DNA of 64,000 bases from Nitrospinales bacterium (lineage in GTDB: Bacteria > Nitrospinota > Nitrospinia > Nitrospinales > VA-1), in assembly GCA_965223795.1 (NCBI GenBank), contig CBDCXL010000002.1:672001-736000 (forward strand). Reading direction: 5' to 3'. The notes under the pieces are model-generated. The model was not told the origin of the DNA and did no database searches. It was given only the letters and a program-made list of their open reading frames with translations. Shown piece by piece: positions 30,542-41,426 of the stretch (the first letter of the stretch is position 1; each line of letters begins with the position of its first letter). A program made the translations under genes and the position numbers.

Positions 30542-32281
30542 ATGTCGCAAAAAAGACGGTCTTCGGTGAAAAACTTCCGCAACACGATCCGCATACGGCT
30601 GGTGTTCGTAGCGCTGGTTCTGTTTCTGTTCGTGGGCGGGCTCACCGCTCGATTATTCAGCCTGCAGATTCTTCATCATAAAGAGCTGCTCGCCAAATCG
30701 GAAAAGCAGTATGCCGGCACCAAGAAAATCCTCTACGGGCGGGGCAGCATTTTCGACCGCAACCAGAATGAGCTGGCGATGAACATCGAGGTGGAATCGG
30801 TTTACATCACGCCCGCGAAAATCGAAAACAAAAACCGCACGGCGCGCGATCTCGCCCGGCACCTCAACCTCGACCCCGGCCGGCTGCTGAAAAAGATGCA
30901 GTCGAACAAAAACTTCGTCTGGATCAAACGCAAGTGCAGCCTGGATGAGGCGGACAAGCTCAAGCAGCTGGACCTGCCCGGCGTCGGGTTCATCGCCGAG
31001 CAGAAACGGTTTTACCCGAAACGGGAACTGGCGGCGAACGTGACGGGATTCGTCGGGCTCGACAATCAGGGGCTTTCGGGCGTGGAGCATTTCAAGCACA
31101 GCGTGCTCAAGGGCCGCACCGTGCGCAAGGTGATGGCCAAGGACGCGCGCGGCCGTTACATTCGCTCGTCCAACCGGCCGCAGAAACCCAAAAGCCAGGA
31201 CGTGGTGCTGACGATCGATGAAGTCATCCAGTACACGGCCGAATACCACCTTAAAAAACAGGTGCAAAAATTCGACGCGGCCTCGGGCATGGCGGTGGTG
31301 ATGGACCCGTATTCGGGGGAAATTTTCGCGCTCGCCAACCATCCGCAGTTCAATCCCAACAATTACGCGGCCTACCCGTCCCACCGCTGGAAAAACAGTG
31401 TGGTTTCAAGCTCTTACGAACCGGGCTCGATTTTCAAGCCGTTCGTCGCGGCGGCGGCGCTGGAAACGGGCGTGGCCAAGCCGGACGACATTTTCTTCTG
31501 CGAGAACGGGAAATTCCGCATCGGCAAACACCACATCGGCGAGGCGGACAACCACAAATTCGGCTGGCTCAGCCTTGCCGACATCATCGCGAAATCCAGC
31601 AACATCGGCAGCATCAAGGTCGCGCAGCGCCTGGGCAACCAGACCCTTTTCAACTACATAAAGAAGTTCGGCTTCGGCGACAAACTGGGCATCGACCTTC
31701 CCGGCGAGCAGACCGGGCAGCTGCGGCCGCTGAGCAAGTGGGACAAGCTCTCGCTCGCGTCGATCTCTTTCGGGCAGGAGATCGCGGTGACGCCGATTCA
31801 GATCGCCGCCGCGATGGCCGCGATCGCCAACGGCGGAAACCTGGTGGTGCCGCGCATTACCAAGTCGGTGCTAAAAAATGGTACATTGGTGGAATCGACC
31901 AAGCCACGAACCATCCGGCGCGTGATTTCGCAGGCCACCAGCCAGCGCATGGTGGGCATTCTGAAACACGCCGTCAAAAACGGAACCGGAAAAACCGCGG
32001 CCATTCCCGGCTTTGAAGCGGCAGGCAAAACGGGAACCGCGGAAAAATTCGATGCGTCCACGCAGTCTTATTCCAAAACGGATTTTCTCTCTTCCTTTAT
32101 CGGGTTTGCACCGGCGGACGATCCCAAAATAGTGGTCCTGGTGATGATCGACCGGCCCCGGAAAAATAACTGGGGCAGCGTGGTCGCGGCCCCGGTGTTC
32201 CGGGAAATCTCCAAAGAGACTTTGCGCTACCTGAATGTCCCCTCGCAGGAAGAGAAGGTCGTTTTTCTGAACAAGGCGTGA
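30542..32281 (+). CDS. ftsI: Class B penicillin-binding protein FtsI
   Basis: RGSIFDRN; catalytic motifs SIFK, SSN and KTG. Confidence 0.95.
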   Translation: MSQKRRSSVKNFRNTIRIRLVFVALVLFLFVGGLTARLFSLQILHHKELLAKSEKQYAGTKKILYGRGSIFDRNQNELAMNIEVESVYITPAKIENKNRTARDLARHLNLDPGRLLKKMQSNKNFVWIKRKCSLDEADKLKQLDLPGVGFIAEQKRFYPKRELAANVTGFVGLDNQGLSGVEHFKHSVLKGRTVRKVMAKDARGRYIRSSNRPQKPKSQDVVLTIDEVIQYTAEYHLKKQVQKFDAASGMAVVMDPYSGEIFALANHPQFNPNNYAAYPSHRWKNSVVSSSYEPGSIFKPFVAAAALETGVAKPDDIFFCENGKFRIGKHHIGEADNHKFGWLSLADIIAKSSNIGSIKVAQRLGNQTLFNYIKKFGFGDKLGIDLPGEQTGQLRPLSKWDKLSLASISFGQEIAVTPIQIAAAMAAIANGGNLVVPRITKSVLKNGTLVESTKPRTIRRVISQATSQRMVGILKHAVKNGTGKTAAIPGFEAAGKTGTAEKFDASTQSYSKTDFLSSFIGFAPADDPKIVVLVMIDRPRKNNWGSVVAAPVFREISKETLRYLNVPSQEEKVVFLNKA

Positions 32282-33843
32282 TGAAACCTCAAACGTCCAG
32301 ACAGGTCAAATCGTATTCGCTCCGTGCAGCCATGAACGCAGGCGACACAGCCAAACCCAAACTCGCCGATCTGGTGCGGGGGCTATCCGCGCTCAACGTG
32401 CTGGGGACGCTCGATAAGGACATCGCTTCGCTCGCGTTCGATTCACGCAAAGCCGGGAGCCACAGCCTGTTTTTCGCCATTCCCGGTTTCAAGCAGGACG
32501 GCGCGAAGTTCATTCAGGACGCCATCCAGCGCGGCGCCACGGCGTTCGTCACCGAACTGTCCTCCGACGCGCTCAGGGAGTCCGGACTCGTTTCCAACTC
32601 GGTCACCGCGCTGTGCGTCAAAGACTGCCGGGAAGCGCTTGCCAAAGTCAGCGCGGAATATTATCAGCATCCCTCGCGCCGGCTGAACCTGACCGGCATC
32701 ACCGGCACGAACGGCAAGACGACGCTGACGTATCTGTTGGAATCCATCCATGGCGCGCGCGGCGAAACCACCGGCGTGATCGGCACCATCAACTGCCGTT
32801 ACGGCAATGTGACGCTGCCGGCGGGCGTGACGACGCCGGAGTCGCTCGATCTGAACCGCATGCTTAACGCCATGACGCAGGAAAACATCGCCGCCTGCTT
32901 TCTGGAAGTGTCCTCGCACGCGCTCTTTTTAAAACGGGTGCACGGGCTGCATTTCAAAACCGGCGTGTTCACCAACCTGAGCCGCGACCACCTGGACTTT
33001 CACGGCGACATGGACACCTACAAGGAAGCCAAGAAAGGCCTGTTCCGCGACAATCATGTGGAGCAGCTTGTGGTGAATGTCGATGATCCCGCAGGCCGCG
33101 AGTTCAAGCAGGAAGCGGCGATGCCGGTGCTGACCACGGGCATCGACCGCACAGCGGATGTCATGGCGGAACAGGTCGAGCTTGCCGATACCGGCACGCG
33201 GTTTGATCTCAAGACGCCTTCGGGCAGCCGCGGCGTGCGCACGAAGCTTCTGGGCAAACACAATGTGCGCAACCTGCTGTCGGCGGCGGCCGCGGCGCTG
33301 GCGCAGGGGTTTTCGCTCGATGAAATTCAACACGGCCTCGAATCCCTTGCGCGGGTGCCGGGCCGGTTCGAACGCATCGAGGGCGGACAACCGTTCACGG
33401 TCGCGGTGGATTACGCGCACACGGACGACGCCCTGGCGAACGCGCTCAACGCGGCGAAGGCGTTCACGCGCAACCGGGTGATCGTGGTGTTCGGCTGCGG
33501 CGGCGACCGCGACCGGGGCAAGCGCAAGACCATGGGAAACGTGGCGCTCGAATTGTCGGACCTGGCATTCATCACCTCCGACAACCCGAGGACCGAGGAC
33601 CCGATGCGGATCCTCGACGACATCGTCAAAGGTCTTCCCGCTTCCGCGAAAGAAAATGAAGATTACCGGGTGGTGCCCGATCGCAGGGAAGCCATCGAAT
33701 TGGCGGTGAATTCCGCCCAGGCGGGCGATCTGGTGCTGATCGCCGGTAAAGGCCATGAGGATTACCAGATCCTCGGTACGGAAAAGATTCATTTCGACGA
33801 CCGGGAAGCCGCCGCCCAGGTTTTGGCAAAGCGGTTCGGCTGA
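32278..33843 (+). CDS. murE: UDP-MurNAc-tripeptide synthetase (DAP-type)
   Basis: TGTNGKTT; EVSSH; DYAHT; DNPR (meso-DAP-type); GKGHEDYQ. Confidence 0.96.
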   Translation: MMKPQTSRQVKSYSLRAAMNAGDTAKPKLADLVRGLSALNVLGTLDKDIASLAFDSRKAGSHSLFFAIPGFKQDGAKFIQDAIQRGATAFVTELSSDALRESGLVSNSVTALCVKDCREALAKVSAEYYQHPSRRLNLTGITGTNGKTTLTYLLESIHGARGETTGVIGTINCRYGNVTLPAGVTTPESLDLNRMLNAMTQENIAACFLEVSSHALFLKRVHGLHFKTGVFTNLSRDHLDFHGDMDTYKEAKKGLFRDNHVEQLVVNVDDPAGREFKQEAAMPVLTTGIDRTADVMAEQVELADTGTRFDLKTPSGSRGVRTKLLGKHNVRNLLSAAAAALAQGFSLDEIQHGLESLARVPGRFERIEGGQPFTVAVDYAHTDDALANALNAAKAFTRNRVIVVFGCGGDRDRGKRKTMGNVALELSDLAFITSDNPRTEDPMRILDDIVKGLPASAKENEDYRVVPDRREAIELAVNSAQAGDLVLIAGKGHEDYQILGTEKIHFDDREAAAQVLAKRFG

Positions 33844-33873
33844 TTATTTTTAACGACGCGGCACAGGTGAAAC

Positions 33874-35268
33874 GTGATTGAAAGCAGCGCTCAGGAATGT
33901 GTGCGGGTTCTCGAAGGAGAGCTTCTCTCAGGCAGCGGCGACCAGCGCTTCAAGGGAGTGTCGATCGACACCCGCACGCTGAAAGCGGGGCAGCTTTTTT
34001 TCTGCATCGAAGGTCCGCAATTTGACGGCCATCAATTCATGGAAGACGCAGTGAAAAAACGCGCGGCGGGCATCATCGTGTCCAACGCCGAGGTTCCCCT
34101 GCCCGCCCCGGCGGGACCGAAAACGCCGTTCGTGATCCGCACGCGCAACACGGAGGTGGCGCTGCAGCAGCTGGCGCGGGTTTACCGCAGGCGGCTGCCG
34201 GTGCGAGTGGTGGGGATCACCGGAACCAACGGCAAATCGACCACCAAGGAGATGATCGCGGCGGTGGCGGCGACCACGTTCAAGACGCTCAAGACGCGCG
34301 GCAACCTCAACAACCATTTCGGCCTGCCGCTCAACGTGCTGGAGCTGGACCCGGACCATCAGGCGGCGGTGCTGGAGATGGGCATGAGCGGTCCGGGAGA
34401 AATCCGCCTGCTGGCGGACATCGCCCGGCCCGACGTCGGCGTCATCACCAACATTTCCGAGGGGCACCTGGAAACCTTGAAGACCGTGCGCAACGTGCAG
34501 GCGGCAAAGGGAGAGCTGTTCGAGTCTCTCGACAAACACGCCACGGCGATCGTCAACGCCGACGACCCGCTGGTGCTGGAACTCAGCCGGTCCTTGCGCG
34601 CCAAGGCGATCACCTTCGGCATCGACGCACCGGCGGACGTGCGCGCGGAGGACATCGCGCCGAGGCAATCGGGCGGATTCGATTTCACGGTGCGGCTGAA
34701 AAAGGAACGGTTCCCGGTCATCCTGCCCTTTCTCGGCCACTGCAATATCTACAACGCGCTGGCGGCGCTGGCGGCGGGACATTCTCTGGGGATCGAACCG
34801 CAGGCGATGAGCCGCGGGCTGGCGGGCGTGAAGCTGCTTTCGCAGCGGCACGAAGTTCTCAAGCACGACGCGCGCACCATCATCAACGACGCCTACAACG
34901 CCAATCCAAGCTCGATGCGCGAAGCGCTGGCGACGCTGGCGGGGATGCCGGTACAAGGCCGGCGGTTCCTGGTGATCGGCGACATGCTGGAGCTGGGCGA
35001 CCTGTCCCGCAAGGCGCACACCGAGCTGGGGCGCGACATCGCCCGGCAGCCGATCGACGTGCTGGTGACGGTGGGCGAGCTGGCCTCCCTCGCCGCCGAA
35101 GGCGCGGCCTCGGAAGGCATGGACAAGGAGCGCGTGCTGGCGCTCGAAAGCCGCCACGATGCGGCGGAATACCTCAAACGCAACACCCGCCCCGGCGACT
35201 GCCTTCTGGTCAAGGGGTCGCGCGGGTCGGCAATGGAAGACGTCATCCGTGAGTTCATGGAGGCGTGA
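33874..35268 (+). CDS. murF: UDP-MurNAc-pentapeptide synthetase
   Basis: TGTNGKSTTK; NLNN; LEMGM; DAYNANP; GDMLELG; VKGSR. Confidence 0.96.
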   Translation: MIESSAQECVRVLEGELLSGSGDQRFKGVSIDTRTLKAGQLFFCIEGPQFDGHQFMEDAVKKRAAGIIVSNAEVPLPAPAGPKTPFVIRTRNTEVALQQLARVYRRRLPVRVVGITGTNGKSTTKEMIAAVAATTFKTLKTRGNLNNHFGLPLNVLELDPDHQAAVLEMGMSGPGEIRLLADIARPDVGVITNISEGHLETLKTVRNVQAAKGELFESLDKHATAIVNADDPLVLELSRSLRAKAITFGIDAPADVRAEDIAPRQSGGFDFTVRLKKERFPVILPFLGHCNIYNALAALAAGHSLGIEPQAMSRGLAGVKLLSQRHEVLKHDARTIINDAYNANPSSMREALATLAGMPVQGRRFLVIGDMLELGDLSRKAHTELGRDIARQPIDVLVTVGELASLAAEGAASEGMDKERVLALESRHDAAEYLKRNTRPGDCLLVKGSRGSAMEDVIREFMEA

Positions 35269-35284
35269 CCTCCGGGAAGAAGCG

Positions 35285-36370
35285 ATGTTTTATCACATTT
35301 TTTATCCTCTCAGTTCGGACTATTCGATCTTCAACGTGTTCCGCTACATCACGTTCCGTTCCGCCTATTCCGGACTGACGGCGCTGGGGCTCAGCCTCAT
35401 CCTGGGAACGTTCATGATCCGCATGCTGCAGAAATACCAGATCGGGGAAAAGATCCGCGAGCACGGACCGGAACAGCACCACCTGAAATCGGGCACGCCG
35501 ACCATGGGCGGCATCCTCATCATCGTCACCTGCCTGACGGCGACGCTGCTTTGGGCCAACCTCTCCAATCCCTACATCTGGCTGCTCGTTTTCGCAACGA
35601 TCGGGTTCGGGGCCATCGGTTTTTTCGACGACTTCATCAAGCTCAAAAGCGGCGACGGGCTGACGGTGAAAACCAAACTGCTGCTGCAGACTGTGCTGGC
35701 GGCGGTGATCGCGGTGTACCTGGTGTACTACGATCCGAGCCGCGCCGAGTACGCCACGCGGCTCTCGGTGCCGTTCTTCAAGCAGTTCCAGCCGGACCTC
35801 GGACTCGGCTACATCGTGTTCATCATTTTCATCATCGTGGGCACGTCCAACGCGGTGAACCTGACGGACGGACTCGACGGGCTGGCCATCGGCCCGATCA
35901 TCATCGCCACCCTCACCTACACGGGCATCGTCTATGTGTGCGGGCATTTCAAATTCGCCGAATACCTCGGCATCCAGTACATCCGCGAGGCCGGAGAAAC
36001 GGCGGTGCTGAGTTCGGCGGTGCTGGGCGCGAGCCTGGGATTCCTCTGGTACAACTCCTATCCCGCGCAGGTGTTCATGGGCGACGTCGGCTCGCTGTCG
36101 CTCGGCGGGCTGTTAGGAACCATCGCGGTGATCGCCAAGCACGAACTGCTGCTCATTTTAGTGGGCGGCATCTTCGTCATCGAGGCGCTTTCCGTGATCA
36201 TTCAGGTCGGCTATTTCAAATACACCAAGGGCAAACGTTTTTTCAAAATGGCGCCGCTGCACCACCATTTCGAAAAGTCGGGATGGTCGGAACCGAAAGT
36301 CATCGTGCGCTTCTGGATCGTCGCCATCGTGCTGGCGATGATCAGCCTCAGCACATTGAAACTGAGATGA
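35285..36370 (+). CDS. mraY: Phospho-MurNAc-pentapeptide translocase
   Basis: TPTMGG; NAVNLTDGLDGL; VFMGDVGS; MAPLHHHFE. Confidence 0.97.
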   Translation: MFYHIFYPLSSDYSIFNVFRYITFRSAYSGLTALGLSLILGTFMIRMLQKYQIGEKIREHGPEQHHLKSGTPTMGGILIIVTCLTATLLWANLSNPYIWLLVFATIGFGAIGFFDDFIKLKSGDGLTVKTKLLLQTVLAAVIAVYLVYYDPSRAEYATRLSVPFFKQFQPDLGLGYIVFIIFIIVGTSNAVNLTDGLDGLAIGPIIIATLTYTGIVYVCGHFKFAEYLGIQYIREAGETAVLSSAVLGASLGFLWYNSYPAQVFMGDVGSLSLGGLLGTIAVIAKHELLLILVGGIFVIEALSVIIQVGYFKYTKGKRFFKMAPLHHHFEKSGWSEPKVIVRFWIVAIVLAMISLSTLKLR

Positions 36371-37707
36371 ACCTGGACCTTGAAAACAAAAAATTCACGG
36401 TGATCGGCCTGGGACGCTCGGGCATCGCGGCGGCGCACTTTCTTCACGAACGCGGCGCGCGGGTGACGATCCTCGAGCAGCGGCCGCAATCGGCCTTTCC
36501 CAGACCGCGCCCGGCGCTCGATCCGGCCATCGACGTCCGCTTCGGCAGCGACGCGCTGCCCGAGGACACGGAGGCCGTCATCCTGAGCCCCGGCGTGGAC
36601 ATCGAGGCGCCGTTTCTCGATCCGGCGCGGCAGCGCGGCATCCCGCTGTGGAGCGAGATCGAGCTCGCCTCCCGGTTCACGGCCTGCCCGATCATCGCGG
36701 TCACGGGAACGAACGGCAAATCGACCTGCTGCACGCTGATCGCCGAGATCCTGCGCGCCGCCGGGAAAACCGCGCGGCTGGGGGGCAACATCGGCACCCC
36801 CGCGGTCTCGCTGGTGAACGAAGGGCCGGCGGATTACGCGGTGCTGGAAATTTCGAGCTTTCAACTGGAAGCGGTGGAAACCTTCAAGCCCTGGATCAGC
36901 GTCGTGCTCAACGTGACACCCGATCACCTGGACCGGCACAAGACCATCGACCGCTACTCGGAGCTCAAGGGCCGCATCGCCATGAACCAGACAGCACAGG
37001 ATTACATGATCCTCAACCACGACGAGCCGCGCACCCGCAGCCTGGGCGCGGGCAAGCCGGTGCGCCAGGTGCACTTCAGCCCGACCGCCGAACTGCAGTC
37101 CGGCGCGTTTCTCAGGCAGGGAGAATTGTGGGTGCGCTGGGCGGGCGATGAATACGCCATCTGCGGCGTGCGCGAGCTGGCGCGGACCATGCAGTGGCAG
37201 CTGGAAAACATCCTCGCGGCCACGGCGGCGGTCACCGTCGCCGGCATCGACGCGGCCCCGCTGGCCGAGACGCTCAAAAGCTTCAAGGGCATGGCGCACA
37301 GAATGGAATGGGTGCGCACGGTGGAAGGCGTCGATTACATCAACGATTCGAAAGGCACCAACGTCGGCGCCGTGCAGAAATCGCTCAGCGTGTTCGACCG
37401 GCCGGTCATCCTCATCGCCGGGGGAAAGGACAAGGCCACGGATTTTCTGCCGCTCAAGCCGGTGCTCAAGCGCAAGGTGAAACATCTCATTTTGATCGGG
37501 GAAACCCGGCGCAAGTTCCGCGAAACCCTGAACGGCTCTTTCAGCTATGAAGAAGCGGACAGCCTGGAAACGGCCGTCCACCAAGCGATGACCAAAGCAC
37601 AGGCTGGCGACGTGGTGCTGCTCTCGCCCGCCTGCGCCAGTTTCGACATGTTCAAAAGCTACGAAGAACGGGGCGATAAATTCAAGTCGCTGGTAAAGCA
37701 ACTTTGA
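36367..37707 (+). CDS. murD: UDP-MurNAc-L-Ala D-Glu ligase
   Basis: Start MNLDLENKK; GLGRSG; TGTNGKST; EISSFQL; DHLDRH; NDSKGTN; LSPACASFD. Confidence 0.96.
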   Translation: MNLDLENKKFTVIGLGRSGIAAAHFLHERGARVTILEQRPQSAFPRPRPALDPAIDVRFGSDALPEDTEAVILSPGVDIEAPFLDPARQRGIPLWSEIELASRFTACPIIAVTGTNGKSTCCTLIAEILRAAGKTARLGGNIGTPAVSLVNEGPADYAVLEISSFQLEAVETFKPWISVVLNVTPDHLDRHKTIDRYSELKGRIAMNQTAQDYMILNHDEPRTRSLGAGKPVRQVHFSPTAELQSGAFLRQGELWVRWAGDEYAICGVRELARTMQWQLENILAATAAVTVAGIDAAPLAETLKSFKGMAHRMEWVRTVEGVDYINDSKGTNVGAVQKSLSVFDRPVILIAGGKDKATDFLPLKPVLKRKVKHLILIGETRRKFRETLNGSFSYEEADSLETAVHQAMTKAQAGDVVLLSPACASFDMFKSYEERGDKFKSLVKQL

Positions 37708-37758
37708 GGCAACACGGTCCATGATACTCAATCCTTATCTCTGCAACGCGAGGCGAAT

Positions 37759-38871
37759 GTGAGCGCATCGGCACAACGGCACCACCACAGTGACGCCATC
37801 CTGTGCATCACGGTGGCCGCCCTCATCCTGACCGGCATCGTCATGGTGTACAGCGCCAGCGCGGTGTACGCGATGGAGGAGCACAACGATTCGTTCTACT
37901 TTCTCAAGCGCCAGTTTTTGTGGCTGGTGCTCGGCCTGGGAACGCTGTGGGCGGCGAAGCAGCTCGATTACAGAAGGTGGGAAGAGTACACCTACCCGAT
38001 CATGATCGTCACGCTCCTGCTTTTGTGCCTCATCATGGTTCCGGGTCTCGGCCGCGAGATGGGCGGGGCGCGGCGCTGGATCTCGATCGGCGGATTCTCG
38101 TTTCAGCCTTCGGAGCTGGCCAAGTTCACGCTCATCCTGTTCATCGCCAAATCGGTGGTGAAGCGGGCGGACAAGCTGAAAAACTTCGCCTACGGCTACC
38201 TGCCCAACCTGATCGTGCTGTCGGTGTTTTTCGTGCTGATCCTGTTTCAGCCGGATTTCGGCACCGCCATGATCATCTGCACGGTCACGCTGGCGATGCT
38301 GTTCATCGCGGGCGTGCGCAAACGCTATCTGTTTTTGTCGGTCGTCGCGGTGCTGCCGTTTCTGGTGTCGGCGATCGTCAGCGCCGAGTATAGGCTGCGG
38401 CGCATCCAGGCGTTCATCGACCCGTGGAGCGACCCGTCGGACACGGGGTTTCAGGCCATCCAGTCGTTTTACGCGTTCGGCCGCGGCGGCTTTCTCGGCC
38501 TGGGGCTGGGCGACAGCAACCAGAAACTGTTTTATCTGCCCGAAGCGCACACGGATTTCATCTTTTCGGTGATCGGCGAAGAGCTGGGGTTCGTCGGAGC
38601 CATGGCCATCGTGATCCTGTTCATCGTGCTGGTCTGGCGCGGCTTTGTCACTGCGTACAGAGCGCCGGACCCGTTCGGCGCGCATCTGGGGATCGGTCTG
38701 ACGCTGCTGCTCGGCGTGCAGGCCTTCGTCAACATGGGCGTGGCGGTGGGCATCCTGCCGACCAAGGGACTCACCCTGCCCTTCATCAGCATGGGCGGTT
38801 CGTCGATGGTGGTCTCGATGCTGTGCGTCGGGGTGCTGCTGAATATTTCCGAACAATCCAGCCGCCATTGA
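37759..38871 (+). CDS. ftsW: SEDS family peptidoglycan polymerase FtsW
   Basis: GARRWI; FQPSELAK; QPDFG; LPEAHTDFIF; LPFISMGGSS. Confidence 0.96.
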   Translation: MSASAQRHHHSDAILCITVAALILTGIVMVYSASAVYAMEEHNDSFYFLKRQFLWLVLGLGTLWAAKQLDYRRWEEYTYPIMIVTLLLLCLIMVPGLGREMGGARRWISIGGFSFQPSELAKFTLILFIAKSVVKRADKLKNFAYGYLPNLIVLSVFFVLILFQPDFGTAMIICTVTLAMLFIAGVRKRYLFLSVVAVLPFLVSAIVSAEYRLRRIQAFIDPWSDPSDTGFQAIQSFYAFGRGGFLGLGLGDSNQKLFYLPEAHTDFIFSVIGEELGFVGAMAIVILFIVLVWRGFVTAYRAPDPFGAHLGIGLTLLLGVQAFVNMGVAVGILPTKGLTLPFISMGGSSMVVSMLCVGVLLNISEQSSRH

Positions 38872-38880
38872 TGGGACGCC

Positions 38881-40017
38881 ATGTCGAAATCCATCGTGAT
38901 CGCCGGAGGGGGAACGGGAGGCCATCTGTACCCGGGCATCGCTCTGGCGCGGGCTTTGAAAAACTTTGACGCTGCTATGGACATCACTTTCGTGGGCACC
39001 AAACGGGGAATCGAAGCGCGGGTCCTTCCCAAAGAGGGATTCGCGTTGAAGACGATCGACGCCGGCGGCCTGCTGGAAAAAAAATGGAGCGACCGGCTGG
39101 TTTCCTCTTACCGGCTGCTCAAGGGCATCGGCCAGTCGCTCGTGTTCCTGAAGGAGAAACGGCCCGGCCTGGTGGTGGGCGTGGGCGGCTACGTGTCGGC
39201 GCCGCTGGTGTTCGCGGCCTGGCTGTCGCGCATCCCCATTCTGCTGCACGAACAGAATTCCCTGCCCGGCTCCACCAACCGCTGGCTGGGAAAGCTGGCG
39301 GACAAGATCGCGGTGTCGTTTCCGGGATCGGAGCGCTACTTCCCCATCCACAAGGTGGTGGAAACCGGCAACATGATCCGCGAGGAGTTTTCCCGCACCG
39401 ATGCCGAACCCGCGGCCGCGACGCCGTTCCGCATTCTGGTGCTGGGCGGTTCGCAGGGGGCGCGGTCGATCAACGCAGCGATGACCGATGCGCTCAGGGT
39501 GCTCAGGAAAAAACGCGACGCGATCCACATCGTGCACCAGACCGGCGAGAAGGATCACCATTGGGTGAGCAAGAAGTACCAGGAAAGCGGGATCTCCCAC
39601 GACGTCCTGCCGTTCATCGACGACATGGGCTCGCAGTACAAAAAGGCGTCGCTGATCGTCTCGCGCGCGGGCGCCACGACGCTGGCGGAGATCACCGCCG
39701 GCGGTAAAACCGCGCTGCTCATCCCGTTTCCCTATGCCGCCGCGAACCACCAGGAGCACAACGCGCGCGTGCTGGTGGAAGCGAACGCGGGCCGGATGAT
39801 CCGCGATCCGGAGCTGACGGGAACCGGGCTGGCGCACGCGATCCTCAAATTCATCGACGAGCCGGAAACGCTCAAGGAAATGGGACAAAATTCGCGCCGG
39901 CTGGGAAAACCGCAGGCCACGCAAAGCGTACTCAAGATGTGCCTCGATCTTTTGAACCACAGGAACGGAACGGTCCACTCCAATGGGAACGACGCCCGTG
40001 CATTGTCATGTTTTTAG
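38881..40017 (+). CDS. murG: Lipid II GlcNAc transferase
   Basis: GGGTGGH; HEQN; GGSQGA; RAGATT; HQEHNA. Confidence 0.96.
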   Translation: MSKSIVIAGGGTGGHLYPGIALARALKNFDAAMDITFVGTKRGIEARVLPKEGFALKTIDAGGLLEKKWSDRLVSSYRLLKGIGQSLVFLKEKRPGLVVGVGGYVSAPLVFAAWLSRIPILLHEQNSLPGSTNRWLGKLADKIAVSFPGSERYFPIHKVVETGNMIREEFSRTDAEPAAATPFRILVLGGSQGARSINAAMTDALRVLRKKRDAIHIVHQTGEKDHHWVSKKYQESGISHDVLPFIDDMGSQYKKASLIVSRAGATTLAEITAGGKTALLIPFPYAAANHQEHNARVLVEANAGRMIRDPELTGTGLAHAILKFIDEPETLKEMGQNSRRLGKPQATQSVLKMCLDLLNHRNGTVHSNGNDARALSCF

Positions 40018-41426
40018 GAAAAACCAAGCAGATCCATTTCATCGGGATCGGAGGTTCGGGAATGAGCGGCATCGCTGAAGTTCTGATCAACCAGGGGTTC
40101 GCCGTGACGGGATCGGACCGCAGCCGTTCCGAGGTGACCGAGCACCTGGAGCAGCTGGGAGCGACGATCCGCTACCGGCACGCGGGCGAAAACGTGGAAG
40201 GCGCGCAGGTGGTGGTGGCTTCCAGCGCGATCCAGCCCGACAACCTGGAGGTGAAGGCGGCGCGCGAGAACCTGATCCCCGTGATCCCGCGGGCGGAGAT
40301 GCTGGCGGAACTGATGCGCATGAAGCACGGCATCGCGATCGCCGGGACGCACGGCAAAACCACGACGACGTCCCTGGTAGCCACGGTGCTGGGCGGCGGC
40401 GGGCTCGACCCGACGGTGGTGATCGGCGGACGGTTCAAGAGTTTCAGCGGGCTCGCCAAGCTCGGCCAGAGCGAGTTCATGGTGGCCGAGGCGGACGAGA
40501 GCGACGGCTCGTTTCTCAAGCTGTCGCCCACCTTCGCGGTGGTGACGACGCTGGACGAGGAACACATGGACCACTACGGCACGCTGGACGGCATCAAGGA
40601 GGCGTTTTTGACGTTCATCAACAAGGTTCCGTTTTACGGCGCGTCGATCCTGTGCCTGGACGATCCCAACATCCAGTCGCTGATCCCGCATATCGAAAAA
40701 CGCACCATCACCTACGGCCTCACCAGCCAGGCCGATTACACGGCGCGCTCGATCTCCATCGAGGGGCTCAAGACCTATTTCACGGTGTACCACCAGGGAC
40801 GGGAACTGGGCCGGGTTCACTCGGGCGCGCTCGGGCAGCACAATGTGCTGAACACGCTCGCCGCGGTGGCCGTGGGCATGGAACTCAACCTGGAATTTTC
40901 CAGCATCGCCCGTTCGCTGGAGGCGTTCACCGGGGTGCGGCGGCGATTCGAGATCGTGCACCAGTCCGAGTCGCTGACGCTGGTGGACGACTACGGCCAC
41001 CACCCGGTGGAAATCAAGGCGACGCTGAAAACCGCGAAGGACGTGTGGCCCGACCGCAACCTGATCGCCGTCTTTCAACCGCACCGCTTTTCCCGCACGC
41101 ACCACCTGATGGATCAGTTTTTCCAGGCGTTCAACGATGCGGATCATCTGATCGTCATCGACATCTATCCCGCCGGGGAGGCCCCCATCGAAGGCGTCCA
41201 TTCGCGCAAGCTGGCGGAGGGGACGCGGGAGTCCGGCCACAAACGAGTCGACTACATCGAGGACCGCAACGGCGTGGTGCCGCACCTGTTGAACGTGCTC
41301 AAGCCCAACGATGTGGTCATGACGCTCGGAGCCGGAAACGTGTGGGAGCTGAACCGACATCTGCTTGCCAATCTTCCCGAATCGGGATTCAACTTACCAT
41401 CCAGAGAGGATCCTTCCCTATGTTGA
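40008..41426 (+). CDS. murC: UDP-MurNAc L-Ala ligase
   Basis: HFIGIGGSGMSG; GTHGKTTT; EADESD; DDYGHHP; FQPHR. Confidence 0.97.
   Translation: MFLGKTKQIHFIGIGGSGMSGIAEVLINQGFAVTGSDRSRSEVTEHLEQLGATIRYRHAGENVEGAQVVVASSAIQPDNLEVKAARENLIPVIPRAEMLAELMRMKHGIAIAGTHGKTTTTSLVATVLGGGGLDPTVVIGGRFKSFSGLAKLGQSEFMVAEADESDGSFLKLSPTFAVVTTLDEEHMDHYGTLDGIKEAFLTFINKVPFYGASILCLDDPNIQSLIPHIEKRTITYGLTSQADYTARSISIEGLKTYFTVYHQGRELGRVHSGALGQHNVLNTLAAVAVGMELNLEFSSIARSLEAFTGVRRRFEIVHQSESLTLVDDYGHHPVEIKATLKTAKDVWPDRNLIAVFQPHRFSRTHHLMDQFFQAFNDADHLIVIDIYPAGEAPIEGVHSRKLAEGTRESGHKRVDYIEDRNGVVPHLLNVLKPNDVVMTLGAGNVWELNRHLLANLPESGFNLPSREDPSLC

Noticed and set aside
35551..36366. Apparent long N-terminal extensions or fusions on murD (718 aa) and murB (606 aa)
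   Set aside because: The extensions are alternative frames overlapping mraY and murC; the real starts are at 36367 and about 41420.
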